A DNA stretch of 63,183 nucleotides from Acidobacteriota bacterium (GCA_022561975.1 JADFQD010000003.1:1-63183), one strand, 5' to 3'. Positions 41,770 through 51,390 are shown, counted from the stretch's first letter. The notes: generated from the sequence alone by a model not told the origin. A program made the numbers and translations.

Positions 41770-44484
41770 TTGCACAGAAAAGTGGACAGCGCATCTCAAT
41801 CGATAGGCAAGCAGCCGCTCGAAGACCGGCCGCCGGATTCGGCTACCGGCGAATCCCGCGGCTCGTTGAGAGAGATGGGCAGGCAAAAAGGCTTCGACCG
41901 TGTGTACTCGGCAGAGGTTAAGCAACTACTGCTCGAGAGAACGCGGTTGGCGGTTCCGGTCGGAATGCTGCTTTTTGGCGCGTTCTGGATCCTGGATCTG
42001 ATTTCGGCACGGGAACACGTTCAGACGTTCCTGTACATACGACTCATCGTTGTGGCTCTGTCGGCAGCCACTTTGTGGTTGACCTATACGCGAGTGGGAC
42101 AGAAATACCTGGTTCCCGTATCGGCGGGGATGATTCTGTTTGCGTCCGTAGGTATGTCGCTCATGACGATGTATCTTGGTGGTTTCGGAAGCGACTACTA
42201 CTTCGGCAATCTTCTAGCTCTTTTCCTCGTCGGACTTTTCATGCCGTGGCAATTAAGCGTGACGGTTCTTTTCTCGTTCGCGCTCTGCGTTGGGTACTTC
42301 GGTATCAATGTTTTCGTTCACGGCGCCAGCCTCGAGATGGTGCCCCCGGCCTTCTTTATGGTGGGCACGGCTGTTTTCACATGCATCGCCACCGTGGTCG
42401 GAGATCGACTGCGTCGGCGAGACTTGGCTCTTAGGTTGAGGCTGGAGAAAGCCAACGAAGACCTAAAGGAACTCGACAAGGCCAAAACAACTTTCTTTGC
42501 CAATGTGAGCCACGAGCTTCGCACACCGCTAACGCTGATGCTCGGTCCGGTTGAGACGCTTCTGAAAGAAGAACAGAGCGAAGACCACCGAACGCTGTTG
42601 CGAGCGATGCTTGCCAACTCGCATAGATTGCTGCGTCACGTGAACCTACTTCTGGACACGGCGAAGCTCGAAGCCGGCCAGTTGCAACTCAACCTCGCCG
42701 TCGGCAGTTTGTCCGATCTCATTCGGGACCTGGTCACGGCGAGCCTGCCCCACGCCGGGCGAAAAGGGGTCGAGATTGTAACCGAGGGTTTCGAGACTCT
42801 GCCGGACGTCTCGTTCGACGCGGACAAAGTCGAGATGATTGCCGCCAACTTGCTTTCGAATGCGCTCAAGTTCACCCCTGACGGTGGACGAATCGTTGTT
42901 CGGGCTCGGACCGAGGTTGGTGTCGTAATCTTCGAAGTCGAAGATAACGGCCCTGGAATACCGCAGGACCAACGCGGATTGATCTTCGATCGGTTCCATC
43001 AGGTCGACAGCAGTCTGACGCGGAAGGAAGAGGGCACCGGGCTAGGGTTGGCCCTTGCACGGGAACTCGCTCGACTCCACGGTGGTGATGTTGTGGTGGA
43101 GAGCGAAGTCGGCAGAGGCTCGGTCTTTCGGGTCACTTTGCCACGGGAGTCTGACCTGGCCGGCGACCGCAGGGTCGGCCCGCGGAGGAGAGAAGATCAG
43201 ATGGTTCGGGCTCGCGCTGACGCCATGGCGCGGCGGGAGTACCAGCGGCGGTCGCGTCAAGAAACGCTTCTCGCCGACATCCACCAACCGCGGCTCTCGG
43301 ACGAGTCACTCGAGCAGAAGGAGGGGCCCCCGGGGGCGCCGCTGATTCTCGTGGTTGACGACAATGCCGATCTCAGAGCCTACTTGGCGAGCGAATTGTC
43401 CCGTGAGTACCGAGTGACCACCGCCGTAGACGGAGTCGAGGGCTTGAAGACGGCGCTCAAGCTGCGCCCGCAGCTCGTAATCGCGGACGTGATGATGCCG
43501 AGAATGAGCGGCTATGAGCTCTGTCGGCGGTTGCGCGCGGAATCGATGATGAAGGCCACCCCGATAATTCTGGTGACCGCCAAGGCCGGCTCGGAGGCCG
43601 TCGTCGAGGGACTCGAGGTCGGAGCGGACGACTACGTGACCAAACCCTTCTCCATGGAGGAGCTAAGGGCTCGGATCGCGGCCCAGTTGCGGGCCAAAAC
43701 CATCGAAAGCCAGTTGAGCGAGCGTGAGACACGCTTGGCAGCGATTGGTCATATGACCAGTACGGTGGTGCACGACTTGCGCAACGCCCTGACCTTGATC
43801 AAGGGCTATTCGGATCTTGCGCATTCGATCGCCGTGGGCGGCGGGCACCAAGACGAGTTGGTAGCTGATATCGAGCAGGTGCAATCCGCGACACTGAGAC
43901 TGCAGAGAATGGCCACCGAGATTCTGGAGTATGCGCGCGGAGGGGCTACCGAACTGAGCCTGGTCGAGATTCCGGTCAGGGACTACCTCCGTGGGACGCT
44001 CGAGCCGATGAAGAAACACCTTGCGAGCCAAGGTGTCGAGTTGAGATTTCGAGATGAGCTACCCTCGGACTTCATGGTCAAACTGGACCCAGACCGATTC
44101 GCCAGGGTTCTCGAGAACTTGGTTGGCAACGCCCGCGATGCTCTCGTAAATCACCCGGGCACTCGAATTGTTTTCGTTCTGAGTGAGATCGCGGAAGGAT
44201 CTTTCCGCGTCAGGATCGCCGATACCGGACCGGGGATTCCACCCGAGCTGGTTGACTCGCTGTTCGAGCCGTTTGCCACCGGCAAGAGCAAAGGCACTGG
44301 ACTCGGGCTGGTCACGGTCCGTAATCTGGTCAAAGCGCATGGCGGTCACGTAGACGTGGAGCCGAAAGCGGAAGAGGGCGGCGCCGCATTCACCGTCCGA
44401 ATTCCAATCGACGACGGATCGAGAACGGACTTGTCGAACGATGTCGCGGGGTCCGGTCAGCCCCGGGCACCAGCGCCAAACTAA
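41770..44484 (+). CDS. membrane sensor kinase with HK-REC-HK architecture
   Basis: TTG start 6 nt after GGAGG (41759-41763). About 5-6 TM helices. H-box SHELRTPL (H248), N/G boxes, GTGLGLALAREL. Receiver LVVDDN...IADVMMP (D573)...LVTAK. Second H-box VHDLRNAL (H668) plus DTGPGIP, GTGLGLVTV. Confidence 0.9.
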   Translation: MHRKVDSASQSIGKQPLEDRPPDSATGESRGSLREMGRQKGFDRVYSAEVKQLLLERTRLAVPVGMLLFGAFWILDLISAREHVQTFLYIRLIVVALSAATLWLTYTRVGQKYLVPVSAGMILFASVGMSLMTMYLGGFGSDYYFGNLLALFLVGLFMPWQLSVTVLFSFALCVGYFGINVFVHGASLEMVPPAFFMVGTAVFTCIATVVGDRLRRRDLALRLRLEKANEDLKELDKAKTTFFANVSHELRTPLTLMLGPVETLLKEEQSEDHRTLLRAMLANSHRLLRHVNLLLDTAKLEAGQLQLNLAVGSLSDLIRDLVTASLPHAGRKGVEIVTEGFETLPDVSFDADKVEMIAANLLSNALKFTPDGGRIVVRARTEVGVVIFEVEDNGPGIPQDQRGLIFDRFHQVDSSLTRKEEGTGLGLALARELARLHGGDVVVESEVGRGSVFRVTLPRESDLAGDRRVGPRRREDQMVRARADAMARREYQRRSRQETLLADIHQPRLSDESLEQKEGPPGAPLILVVDDNADLRAYLASELSREYRVTTAVDGVEGLKTALKLRPQLVIADVMMPRMSGYELCRRLRAESMMKATPIILVTAKAGSEAVVEGLEVGADDYVTKPFSMEELRARIAAQLRAKTIESQLSERETRLAAIGHMTSTVVHDLRNALTLIKGYSDLAHSIAVGGGHQDELVADIEQVQSATLRLQRMATEILEYARGGATELSLVEIPVRDYLRGTLEPMKKHLASQGVELRFRDELPSDFMVKLDPDRFARVLENLVGNARDALVNHPGTRIVFVLSEIAEGSFRVRIADTGPGIPPELVDSLFEPFATGKSKGTGLGLVTVRNLVKAHGGHVDVEPKAEEGGAAFTVRIPIDDGSRTDLSNDVAGSGQPRAPAPN

Positions 44485-45398
44485 CCTTCCTTCTCCAACC
44501 CGTACTTGGCGATGCGTCTGCGAAGGGCGGCCCGTGAGATTCCCAAGGCGTGAGCGGCGGCCACTTGATTTCCGTCGGTGCGTCGGAGCGCTTCTTGAAT
44601 CGCGGCACGTTCGAGTTCGTCGAGTCGAAGCTCGCGCTCACCGCGAAACAGAGTGTGTGCGATTGCGGTCGAAGGCGCAGCCGTCTCGATTTGGTGAATT
44701 CGCCGGGAGTCGATCACCTCTCCGTCGGGGGTTGCGTGAACCGCGCGAAGCACGGCATGCCGAAGTTCGCGCACGTTTCCCGGCCAGTCGCGCTCCGTGA
44801 GAGCTTTGAGCGCAGCGTAGGTGATTCCCTTGACGCGTTTGCCGGTCTCTCTGGAGCTGGCAAGGAAGAAATGTTCCACGAGTGCCGGGATATCGCTCTT
44901 GCGATGCCGGAGCGCGGGAACTTCGAGGACAAAGCCGGCGAGGCGATAGTACAGATCGGGTCGAAAGCGCCCGGTCGAGATGTCTTGGCGCAGATCGTGA
45001 TTCGTGGACGCGACGATTCTGATGTCGAGTGGACGGGAGGAACCGCCTACCGGCTCGACACTTTTTTGCTCCAATACCCGCAACAGCTTGACCTGGAGTT
45101 CTCTTTTCATCTCGCCGATCTCGTCCAGCAGAACCGTGCCGCCATTCGCGGTTTCGAGTTTGCCGGTCCGGGGAGAGACGCCGGTCGCGGCACCGGGCGA
45201 GACTCCAAAGAGTTCGGCCTCCAGCAAGTCGGGCGGGATTGGCGCGCAGTTGATCGGCAAGAACGGGCCGCGAGACCTCTCGGACGAGCGGTGCACGATG
45301 GCCGCTATCGATTCCTTGCCAACGCCCGTTTCGCCCTCAATGAGGACGGGAAGGTCGGAGTCGGCCGCGAAGCGAAGATCCGCGTACAGACGGGTCAT
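44481..45398 (-). CDS. sigma54-interaction-domain AAA+ activator with Fis-type HTH and no N-terminal sensor domain
   Basis: Walker A GETGVGKE, Walker B LLDEIGE, WPGNVRELRH, C-terminal HTH AAAHALGISRAALRRRIAKYGL. The GAFTGA position reads GAATGV. An in-frame stop lies 8 codons upstream of the ATG. Confidence 0.9.
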   Translation of the reverse strand: MTRLYADLRFAADSDLPVLIEGETGVGKESIAAIVHRSSERSRGPFLPINCAPIPPDLLEAELFGVSPGAATGVSPRTGKLETANGGTVLLDEIGEMKRELQVKLLRVLEQKSVEPVGGSSRPLDIRIVASTNHDLRQDISTGRFRPDLYYRLAGFVLEVPALRHRKSDIPALVEHFFLASSRETGKRVKGITYAALKALTERDWPGNVRELRHAVLRAVHATPDGEVIDSRRIHQIETAAPSTAIAHTLFRGERELRLDELERAAIQEALRRTDGNQVAAAHALGISRAALRRRIAKYGLEKEG

Positions 45399-45625
45399 GC
45401 TCCGCGAGGGGGTCGCGGGACATTAGTGCACCCACTACCCGCGAGGGACAACGAACATGGTTTTCGGGAAAGACCATGGTCCAAGCGCTCGTAGTATCTG
45501 AAAGGCGAGCGGTCAGGCCGGCGGCGATCGGGTCCTGCGCGCCTTGTGGGCTCGATCAACGGTTGATCGGGTATTGCCTTGATACTGGGCATTCGACTAT
45601 TCCGGTTGCGTCGGCGCCCCGAAGC

Positions 45626-45640
45626 GCAAGTCCGATGCCA
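45626..45640 (-). promoter_or_regulatory. sigma54 (-24/-12)-like promoter candidate
   Basis: The minus strand reads TGGCAT-CGGAC-TTGC with correct GG-N10-GC spacing, about 230 nt upstream of the activator ATG. A match of this quality is expected about 0.5 times by chance in the window. Confidence 0.3.
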
Positions 45641-45790
45641 TTTCTCTTTGCGGACACGAACCCCTTGCGCTGATTGGCTTTCTTGGCGCCTTCCATGGAA
45701 GAGCGCGAAGGCAGGTGTTCGAAACCGAACAGTTACACTAGAGCTTACGCAGATGTGTCGCGATGCGCTTCGCGGTGACGAAACCCGCGG

Positions 45791-46732
45791 CTACGAACCA
45801 AACAGCACGGCCATGTACATCACATATCCGCCGACGAGCAGAAAGCCTTCCCAGCGTTCGAGCTTCATTCGGGTGGCGAGGAAGGGCCAGATCAGGGCCG
45901 AGAGCGCGAGCATGACGACGAGATCCGGCCAGCTCGAGAGCCAGTCGATTTCGACCGGGCGCGCCAGAGCCGTGATGCCAAGGATGCCGAGTACGTTGAA
46001 GATGTTCGAGCCGATGATGTTGCCGAGCACGATGTCGCCTTCTCTTTTGAGTGCGGCGACGATCGATGCGGAAAGCTCGGGCAGACTGGTCCCGAGGGCT
46101 ACCAGGGAGAGTCCGATGATCCGTTCGCTGATGCCGAAACTGCGCGCGATCGAAAGCCCGCCCTGGATCAGGGATTCCGCGCCTAAGAGGAGCAGCGCGA
46201 GGCCGAGGACAACAAGAGCCACAGAGGCCCAAGGGCCGCTTTTCTTTCCGCCGTACTCGGTCTCGAATTCCTGGCGGGTCTCGGGCCTGGCGTCGCGGAC
46301 GCCCCAGATCAGGTAGGCGAGGAAGACCACCAGCAGGGCGAAGAGAAACAGTCCCTCCAGCCGGCCGATGCGTCCGTCGGCCGCGAGTGGGAACAACAGG
46401 CCCGAAGCCACCAGCATGAAGGGTATTTCCCGGCGCAGGATGCGAGCCTGCGTCGCGAGCGGCCAGATCAACGCCGTGCAACCGAGGATCAAGCCGATGT
46501 TGGCGATGTTCGAGCCGACGATGTTGCCGAACGCGACCGCGGGAGCGTCTTCGAAGGTTGCCGCCAGGGTCGAGGCGAGCTCCGGAAACGAGGTGCCGAA
46601 GGAAACCACGGTCAGCCCGATGACCAGCGGACTCATGCCGAGGGTACGGGCGAGTTGCACCGCGCCGCGCACGAGCGCTTCGCCGCCGCCATAGAGGAGG
46701 CCAACACCGAGAAGGACGAGGAAAACGTCCAT
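45791..46732 (-). CDS. CaCA-family Ca2+/Na+ antiporter (YrbG-like)
   Basis: Two alpha-repeats: GTSFPELASTL...GNIVGSNIANIGLILG and GTSLPELSASI...GNIIGSNIFNVLGILG. Confidence 0.9.
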   Translation of the reverse strand: MDVFLVLLGVGLLYGGGEALVRGAVQLARTLGMSPLVIGLTVVSFGTSFPELASTLAATFEDAPAVAFGNIVGSNIANIGLILGCTALIWPLATQARILRREIPFMLVASGLLFPLAADGRIGRLEGLFLFALLVVFLAYLIWGVRDARPETRQEFETEYGGKKSGPWASVALVVLGLALLLLGAESLIQGGLSIARSFGISERIIGLSLVALGTSLPELSASIVAALKREGDIVLGNIIGSNIFNVLGILGITALARPVEIDWLSSWPDLVVMLALSALIWPFLATRMKLERWEGFLLVGGYVMYMAVLFGS

Positions 46733-46766
46733 TACTCGGGCTTCCGGATGTGGCTTTCAGCGGCGG

Positions 46767-48671
46767 TCAAACTTGTCCACTGCCGAAGCCGCCCAGGCCC
46801 GGGTCGGGAGACGAAGCTGGGCTCGGCTTCGAGTCCGAGTCGTCGCGCCCGGTCTCTGCGATGGTATCCGGGGCTCCGACGGTCTCGCCGGGGTTGATGA
46901 ACCGGTTGCTCTCGATTCGATATTGTTTCTCGTAGAGTTCGCGATAACGACCGTTGCGCTCGAGAAGTTCTTCGTGGCTGCCGCCCTCGACGATCTCTCC
47001 GCCTTCGAGCACCAGGATCTGGTCGGCGTCGCGGATGGTGGACAAGCGGTGCGCGATGACGAAGGTGGTGCGGCCGCTGCGGAGCTCCTGGAGGCCCTCT
47101 TGAATGAACTGCTCGCTCTCGCTGTCGAGGCTCGAGGTGGCCTCGTCCAGAACCAGAATGCGTGGATCGGCGAGCATTGCCCGGGCGATCGAGACCCGCT
47201 GGCGTTGCCCGCCGGAGAGTTTGACGCCGCGTTCACCGATCACCGTGTCGTAGCCATCGGGGAATCCCTCGATGAACTCGTTGCAGTGCGCGAGCTTGGC
47301 CACCGCGACGACTTCCTCGTGGGTCGCGTCGGGCTTGCCGTAGGCGATGTTCTCGGCGAGGGTGCCGTCAAAGAGGAAATCATCCTGCAGCACCACCGCG
47401 AGGCGAGAGCGGTAGTCTTTGAGTCGGATCTGAGAGAGGTCTTCGCCATCGACGAGGACGCGGCCTTTGGTTGGTCGTCGGAAGGTCAAGATCAGGGCAA
47501 TCAACGTGCTCTTGCCCGCACCGCTCGAGCCGACCAGGGCGGTTGTGGTCCCCGCCGGGGCTTCGAAGGACACGTCCCGTAGGACCGGGACGCCTTCGTT
47601 GTACTCGAACGAGACGTTCTCGAAGCGGACATCACCGCGCAACTCGGTAAGCGCCTTGCGGCTCTCTTCGCCATCGTATTCGGTGGTTTGCTGGAGGATT
47701 TCGTTGATCCGGTCGAGACCGGCAAAAGCCTCGGTGATCTGGGTGCCGATCGCGCTCATCTGAATCAGTGGCGTGACCATCAGACCGGTGAAGATCAGAA
47801 ACATGAAGAGGTCGCCGACCGTCATCGTTCCGGCCGCGACGAAGCGAACGCCGAGAACGCCGATGGTGAGCGCCACGAGGGAGAAGATCAGGCTCGCCAG
47901 GGTCGACATCGATGAAATGCCCACCACCGCCTTGACCACGAGGTCCACGAACTTCTGCGTGTGCGCGGCGAACGTCGCCTCTTCGCGAGCTTCCGCCGTG
48001 TAGGCCTTGACGATCCTGGCGCCGTTCAGGGACTCGACCAGACGGCCGGTGATCTCGGCGTTGACCTTGCCTCGCTCGCGGAAGAGTGGCCGCAGCCGGT
48101 TGAAGCCGATGACCATGATCAGCCCGAACAGCGCGAGAAACACAATCGTGACCAGGGTCAGCCGCCAGTTGAGCCACAGCAGCACCGAAAAAGCGACGGC
48201 CGACGAAAGCACCCCGCCGATCAGTTGCACGAAACCGGTGCCGACCAGATTGCGAACCCCTTCGGGGTCAGTCATGATGCGCGAGATCAGCTCACCACTC
48301 TTGTGGTTCTCGAAGAACTCGATCGGCAGGCGCCCGATATGGCTCTGGACACGGAGACGAAGTGTGTTGATCGAGCGCTGGGCTGCTGCGCCGAGGAGAA
48401 CCGCAAGCGAGAACGAGGTGATGGCCTGGACGATCGCCCCGCCCCCGGCTGCCAGCGCGATCGTGGGCAGCATGTCGTAGCGGTTGTTGCCGATGACCTC
48501 GTCGATCAGGAACTTTGACGATGCCGGCAGGATCATCCCGCACAGTCTTCCGATGACCAGAAGCACGAGGCCGAGCGCGAGCCGCCAACGGTACGCCCAG
48601 ATCACTCGCTTGGCTTCGCGACGGACTGCGGCCAGCGACAGTTTCTTTTTCTTGGCTTTTTCTTCGCGCAA
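46767..48671 (-). CDS. ABC exporter, fused TMD-NBD (MsbA/ABCB-like)
   Basis: Six TM helices, then GSSGAGKSTL, LSGGQRQR, ILVLDEATSSLD. A ~45-aa low-complexity C-tail. Confidence 0.9.
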   Translation of the reverse strand: MREEKAKKKKLSLAAVRREAKRVIWAYRWRLALGLVLLVIGRLCGMILPASSKFLIDEVIGNNRYDMLPTIALAAGGGAIVQAITSFSLAVLLGAAAQRSINTLRLRVQSHIGRLPIEFFENHKSGELISRIMTDPEGVRNLVGTGFVQLIGGVLSSAVAFSVLLWLNWRLTLVTIVFLALFGLIMVIGFNRLRPLFRERGKVNAEITGRLVESLNGARIVKAYTAEAREEATFAAHTQKFVDLVVKAVVGISSMSTLASLIFSLVALTIGVLGVRFVAAGTMTVGDLFMFLIFTGLMVTPLIQMSAIGTQITEAFAGLDRINEILQQTTEYDGEESRKALTELRGDVRFENVSFEYNEGVPVLRDVSFEAPAGTTTALVGSSGAGKSTLIALILTFRRPTKGRVLVDGEDLSQIRLKDYRSRLAVVLQDDFLFDGTLAENIAYGKPDATHEEVVAVAKLAHCNEFIEGFPDGYDTVIGERGVKLSGGQRQRVSIARAMLADPRILVLDEATSSLDSESEQFIQEGLQELRSGRTTFVIAHRLSTIRDADQILVLEGGEIVEGGSHEELLERNGRYRELYEKQYRIESNRFINPGETVGAPDTIAETGRDDSDSKPSPASSPDPGLGGFGSGQV

Positions 48672-48715
48672 GGGGTTCGCGGCTCCAGGTCGGGAGTTGC
48701 CGCTATCATTGTCGC

Positions 48716-50254
48716 ATGAGCACTCGACAAAAACTCAGATGGTGGCCGGCAACAGGGGTGCTGCTCCTGTTTGTCGGTTTTCTCGTCTGGTCTTGGGGGA
48801 TCGCGGACCAGAGCCGCCAGGACAGGGTGATCCAGACCCTGGCGGCGGCCTTTCTGGTTCTTGTGCTGCTGCTGCTGTGGTTTTTGTTGGCGTCGCGGGC
48901 TCCCTGGAAGTGGCGAGTTGTGGCTCTGGCGATAGCGGTAATCGGGGGATTCGGCGTCGCGCGATTCCTGACCGTTACCGGCGTTTCGGGCGATCTGGTG
49001 CCGATCATTGGTTTGAAGAGCGCCGGCGACGCCCTGGCGGGGGCGGCTGAGACAGGCGAAATTCGAGCGAGCGGCCGGCTCACTGCGGCAGCCCGGGGGA
49101 ATTACCCGCAGTTTCTCGGGCCGCAGCGCAATGCCTCGGTAGCGGGCGTTCGCCTGGCCCGAGATTGGCAGGCCGTGCCGCCGCGTGAAATCTGGCGCCG
49201 CGACGTCGGCCCGGCGTGGTCAGGGTTTGCAATCCAGGCCGGTTGGGCCGTGACCCAGGAGCAGCATGGCGAGGAGGAACAGGTTGTGGCGTATGAGCTG
49301 GCAACCGGCCATGCGCTCTGGCGCCATGCCGATGCGACCCGCTACGAAACCACGATCGGCGGCGTCGGCCCGCGGGCCACCCCGACCATCGCAGACGGGT
49401 TGGTCTTTGCGCTCGGTGCGGGCGGCATTCTCAATGCGTTGGACCTAGAGAACGGAGAGCTCGTGTGGTCGCGGAACATCCTCGAGGAGCACGGCGCAAG
49501 CAACCGGGATTGGGGCAAGAGCTGCTCGCCGCTGGTGGTCGACAATCTGGTGGTGGCGAGCGCGGGCGGCCCCGACAACCAATCCCTGGTCGCCTACGAC
49601 CGCGTTTCCGGCGAACTGGCGTGGGCTGCGGGAACCGATACCTCGAGCTACTCCTCTCCGGTCCTGGCGACCCTCGCCGGGCGCGAGCAGATCCTGATCC
49701 GCAACCAGCACTCGATCACCGCCCACGATCCCGCCACCGGTGCCATGCTGTGGTCTGAAGACTGGCCCGGCGAAACCCCGAACGTGGCGGTGCCGCTCCT
49801 TCTCGGGGACAATCGCGTGCTGGTGTCGAGCGGCTACGGCATCGGTTCGAAGCTCTACCGAGTCGAGGAACGAGACGGCGTGTTCGAGACCACCGTTCTC
49901 TGGAGTAGCCCGCGGATGAAGGCCAAGTTCACCAATCTGGTCGAGCACGACGGCTACGTATACGGACTCGACGACGGCGTGCTGGCCTGCCTCGACCCCG
50001 CGACCGGTGAGCGCCGCTGGAAGAAGGGCCGCTACGGCCACGGCCAGATCATCCTGGCCGAAGACCTTCTCCTGGTGACCACCGAGAAGGGCGAAGTCAT
50101 CCTGATCGAGCCGAATCCCGAAGAGTTCCGGGTGCTCGGAAGCATGGCTCCGTTCGAGGGCAAGACCTGGAATCCGCCGGCTCTGGCGGGCTCATTGCTA
50201 CTGCTGAGAACGGACCGCGAAGCCGTGCTTTTTGAGTTGCCGGTAGCGGGCTAG
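48716..50254 (+). CDS. membrane-anchored PQQ-like beta-propeller protein
   Basis: Three N-terminal TM segments, then BamB/PQQ-like repeats (GHALWRH, GELVWSR, GELAWAA, GAMLWSE, GERRWKK). Confidence 0.85.
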   Translation: MSTRQKLRWWPATGVLLLFVGFLVWSWGIADQSRQDRVIQTLAAAFLVLVLLLLWFLLASRAPWKWRVVALAIAVIGGFGVARFLTVTGVSGDLVPIIGLKSAGDALAGAAETGEIRASGRLTAAARGNYPQFLGPQRNASVAGVRLARDWQAVPPREIWRRDVGPAWSGFAIQAGWAVTQEQHGEEEQVVAYELATGHALWRHADATRYETTIGGVGPRATPTIADGLVFALGAGGILNALDLENGELVWSRNILEEHGASNRDWGKSCSPLVVDNLVVASAGGPDNQSLVAYDRVSGELAWAAGTDTSSYSSPVLATLAGREQILIRNQHSITAHDPATGAMLWSEDWPGETPNVAVPLLLGDNRVLVSSGYGIGSKLYRVEERDGVFETTVLWSSPRMKAKFTNLVEHDGYVYGLDDGVLACLDPATGERRWKKGRYGHGQIILAEDLLLVTTEKGEVILIEPNPEEFRVLGSMAPFEGKTWNPPALAGSLLLLRTDREAVLFELPVAG

Positions 50255-50340
50255 GCGAGGCGACGGACTCCGTATCTAACTGCAAGCGTTCCGGCCGCGT
50301 GGCTGGCGATTCCGCTAGGAAGCTCTGCTAAGCTGCCGCA

Positions 50341-51390
50341 ATGTCTACGGGGTATTTGCTTTCCCGGGCCGCGGTTGCCATGGTTCTTGCTGCCACTCTG
50401 ACTTTCGCAGCGGCCTGCTCAGGAGGCGGCTCCGACACCGGTGACGCGCCGCCCTCCAACCGATTCTTGAGCATCGGGACCGCGCCTCCGGGTGGTGCCT
50501 TCTTTGTGGTCGGCGGCGCGCTGGCCGAGGTGCTGAACGCGCATCCGGGCGCGGCGAACTGGCAGGTGACCGCGGAAGCCACCAAGGGCACGCAGGAGAA
50601 CCTGCGTCGTCTCGACAGCGGCGAGCTCGACTTCGCGCTCGCCAACGCGGCGATCAGTTATTTCGCGGCGCGCGGAGAGGGAGCCTGGGATAAGGAGTAC
50701 CCGGTGCGGGTGGTGATGACCCTGGCGCCGAACGTAGCCCTCTTCATAGCGCCCGCGAAGGGCGACGTTGCGACCATTGCCGACCTGCGCGGCAAGCGGG
50801 TCGTGCTGGGGCCGGCGGGCGCCGGCTTTGCGTACTTCCTCGGGCCAATCCTGGCGGCGCACGGACTCACCTACGACGACATGTCACCGCTCAACGCGAC
50901 CCAGGCCGGCGCCGTGGATCTCCTGGCCGACGGTTCGGCGGCGGCGGCGTTTCTGGGCGGCGCCGTGCCCACGGCGTCGATCACCCAGGCCTCTTCGTTG
51001 CGGGACATCACCTACGTGCCCTTCGACCGCGAAGCAGTCGAGCGACTGGTTACCGACTATCCGTTCTTCGATCGGGCGACGATTCCCGCCGGGACCTATC
51101 GAGGTCTGGACGAGGATTTCTCGGGCCTCAACGTCGGCTCGATGCATTTGGTGACCTCGGCCGCGGTAGACGAAGAGCTGGTCTACCAGGTGACCAAGAC
51201 GATCTACGAGAACCGTGCCGAGGTGGTCGAGAAACATCCGGCCGGTAAGGCGATCAATCCCAACGTGGTGGTTCGCAACACCGGCACCGAGTTTCATCCG
51301 GGCGCCATACGGTTCTACCGTGAGATCGGCATCTGGCCGGATGCTTCGGACGAGTCGCCCTCTGAGACTTCGGTCGCCTCCGGCGAATGA
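50341..51390 (+). CDS. TAXI-family TRAP transporter solute receptor
   Basis: Lipoprotein-like signal TFAAACSG. Motifs LSIGTAPPGGAFFVVGGALAEVLN, ENLRRLDSGELDFALAN, HPGAIRFYRE. Confidence 0.9.
   Translation: MSTGYLLSRAAVAMVLAATLTFAAACSGGGSDTGDAPPSNRFLSIGTAPPGGAFFVVGGALAEVLNAHPGAANWQVTAEATKGTQENLRRLDSGELDFALANAAISYFAARGEGAWDKEYPVRVVMTLAPNVALFIAPAKGDVATIADLRGKRVVLGPAGAGFAYFLGPILAAHGLTYDDMSPLNATQAGAVDLLADGSAAAAFLGGAVPTASITQASSLRDITYVPFDREAVERLVTDYPFFDRATIPAGTYRGLDEDFSGLNVGSMHLVTSAAVDEELVYQVTKTIYENRAEVVEKHPAGKAINPNVVVRNTGTEFHPGAIRFYREIGIWPDASDESPSETSVASGE

Noticed and set aside
45395-45592. 65-codon ORF ATGA-coupled to the sigma54-type activator.
   Set aside because: GC3 is only about 58% versus about 85% for real genes. 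It is Pro/Arg-rich, has no motif and has a weak SD. It is probably non-coding leader.
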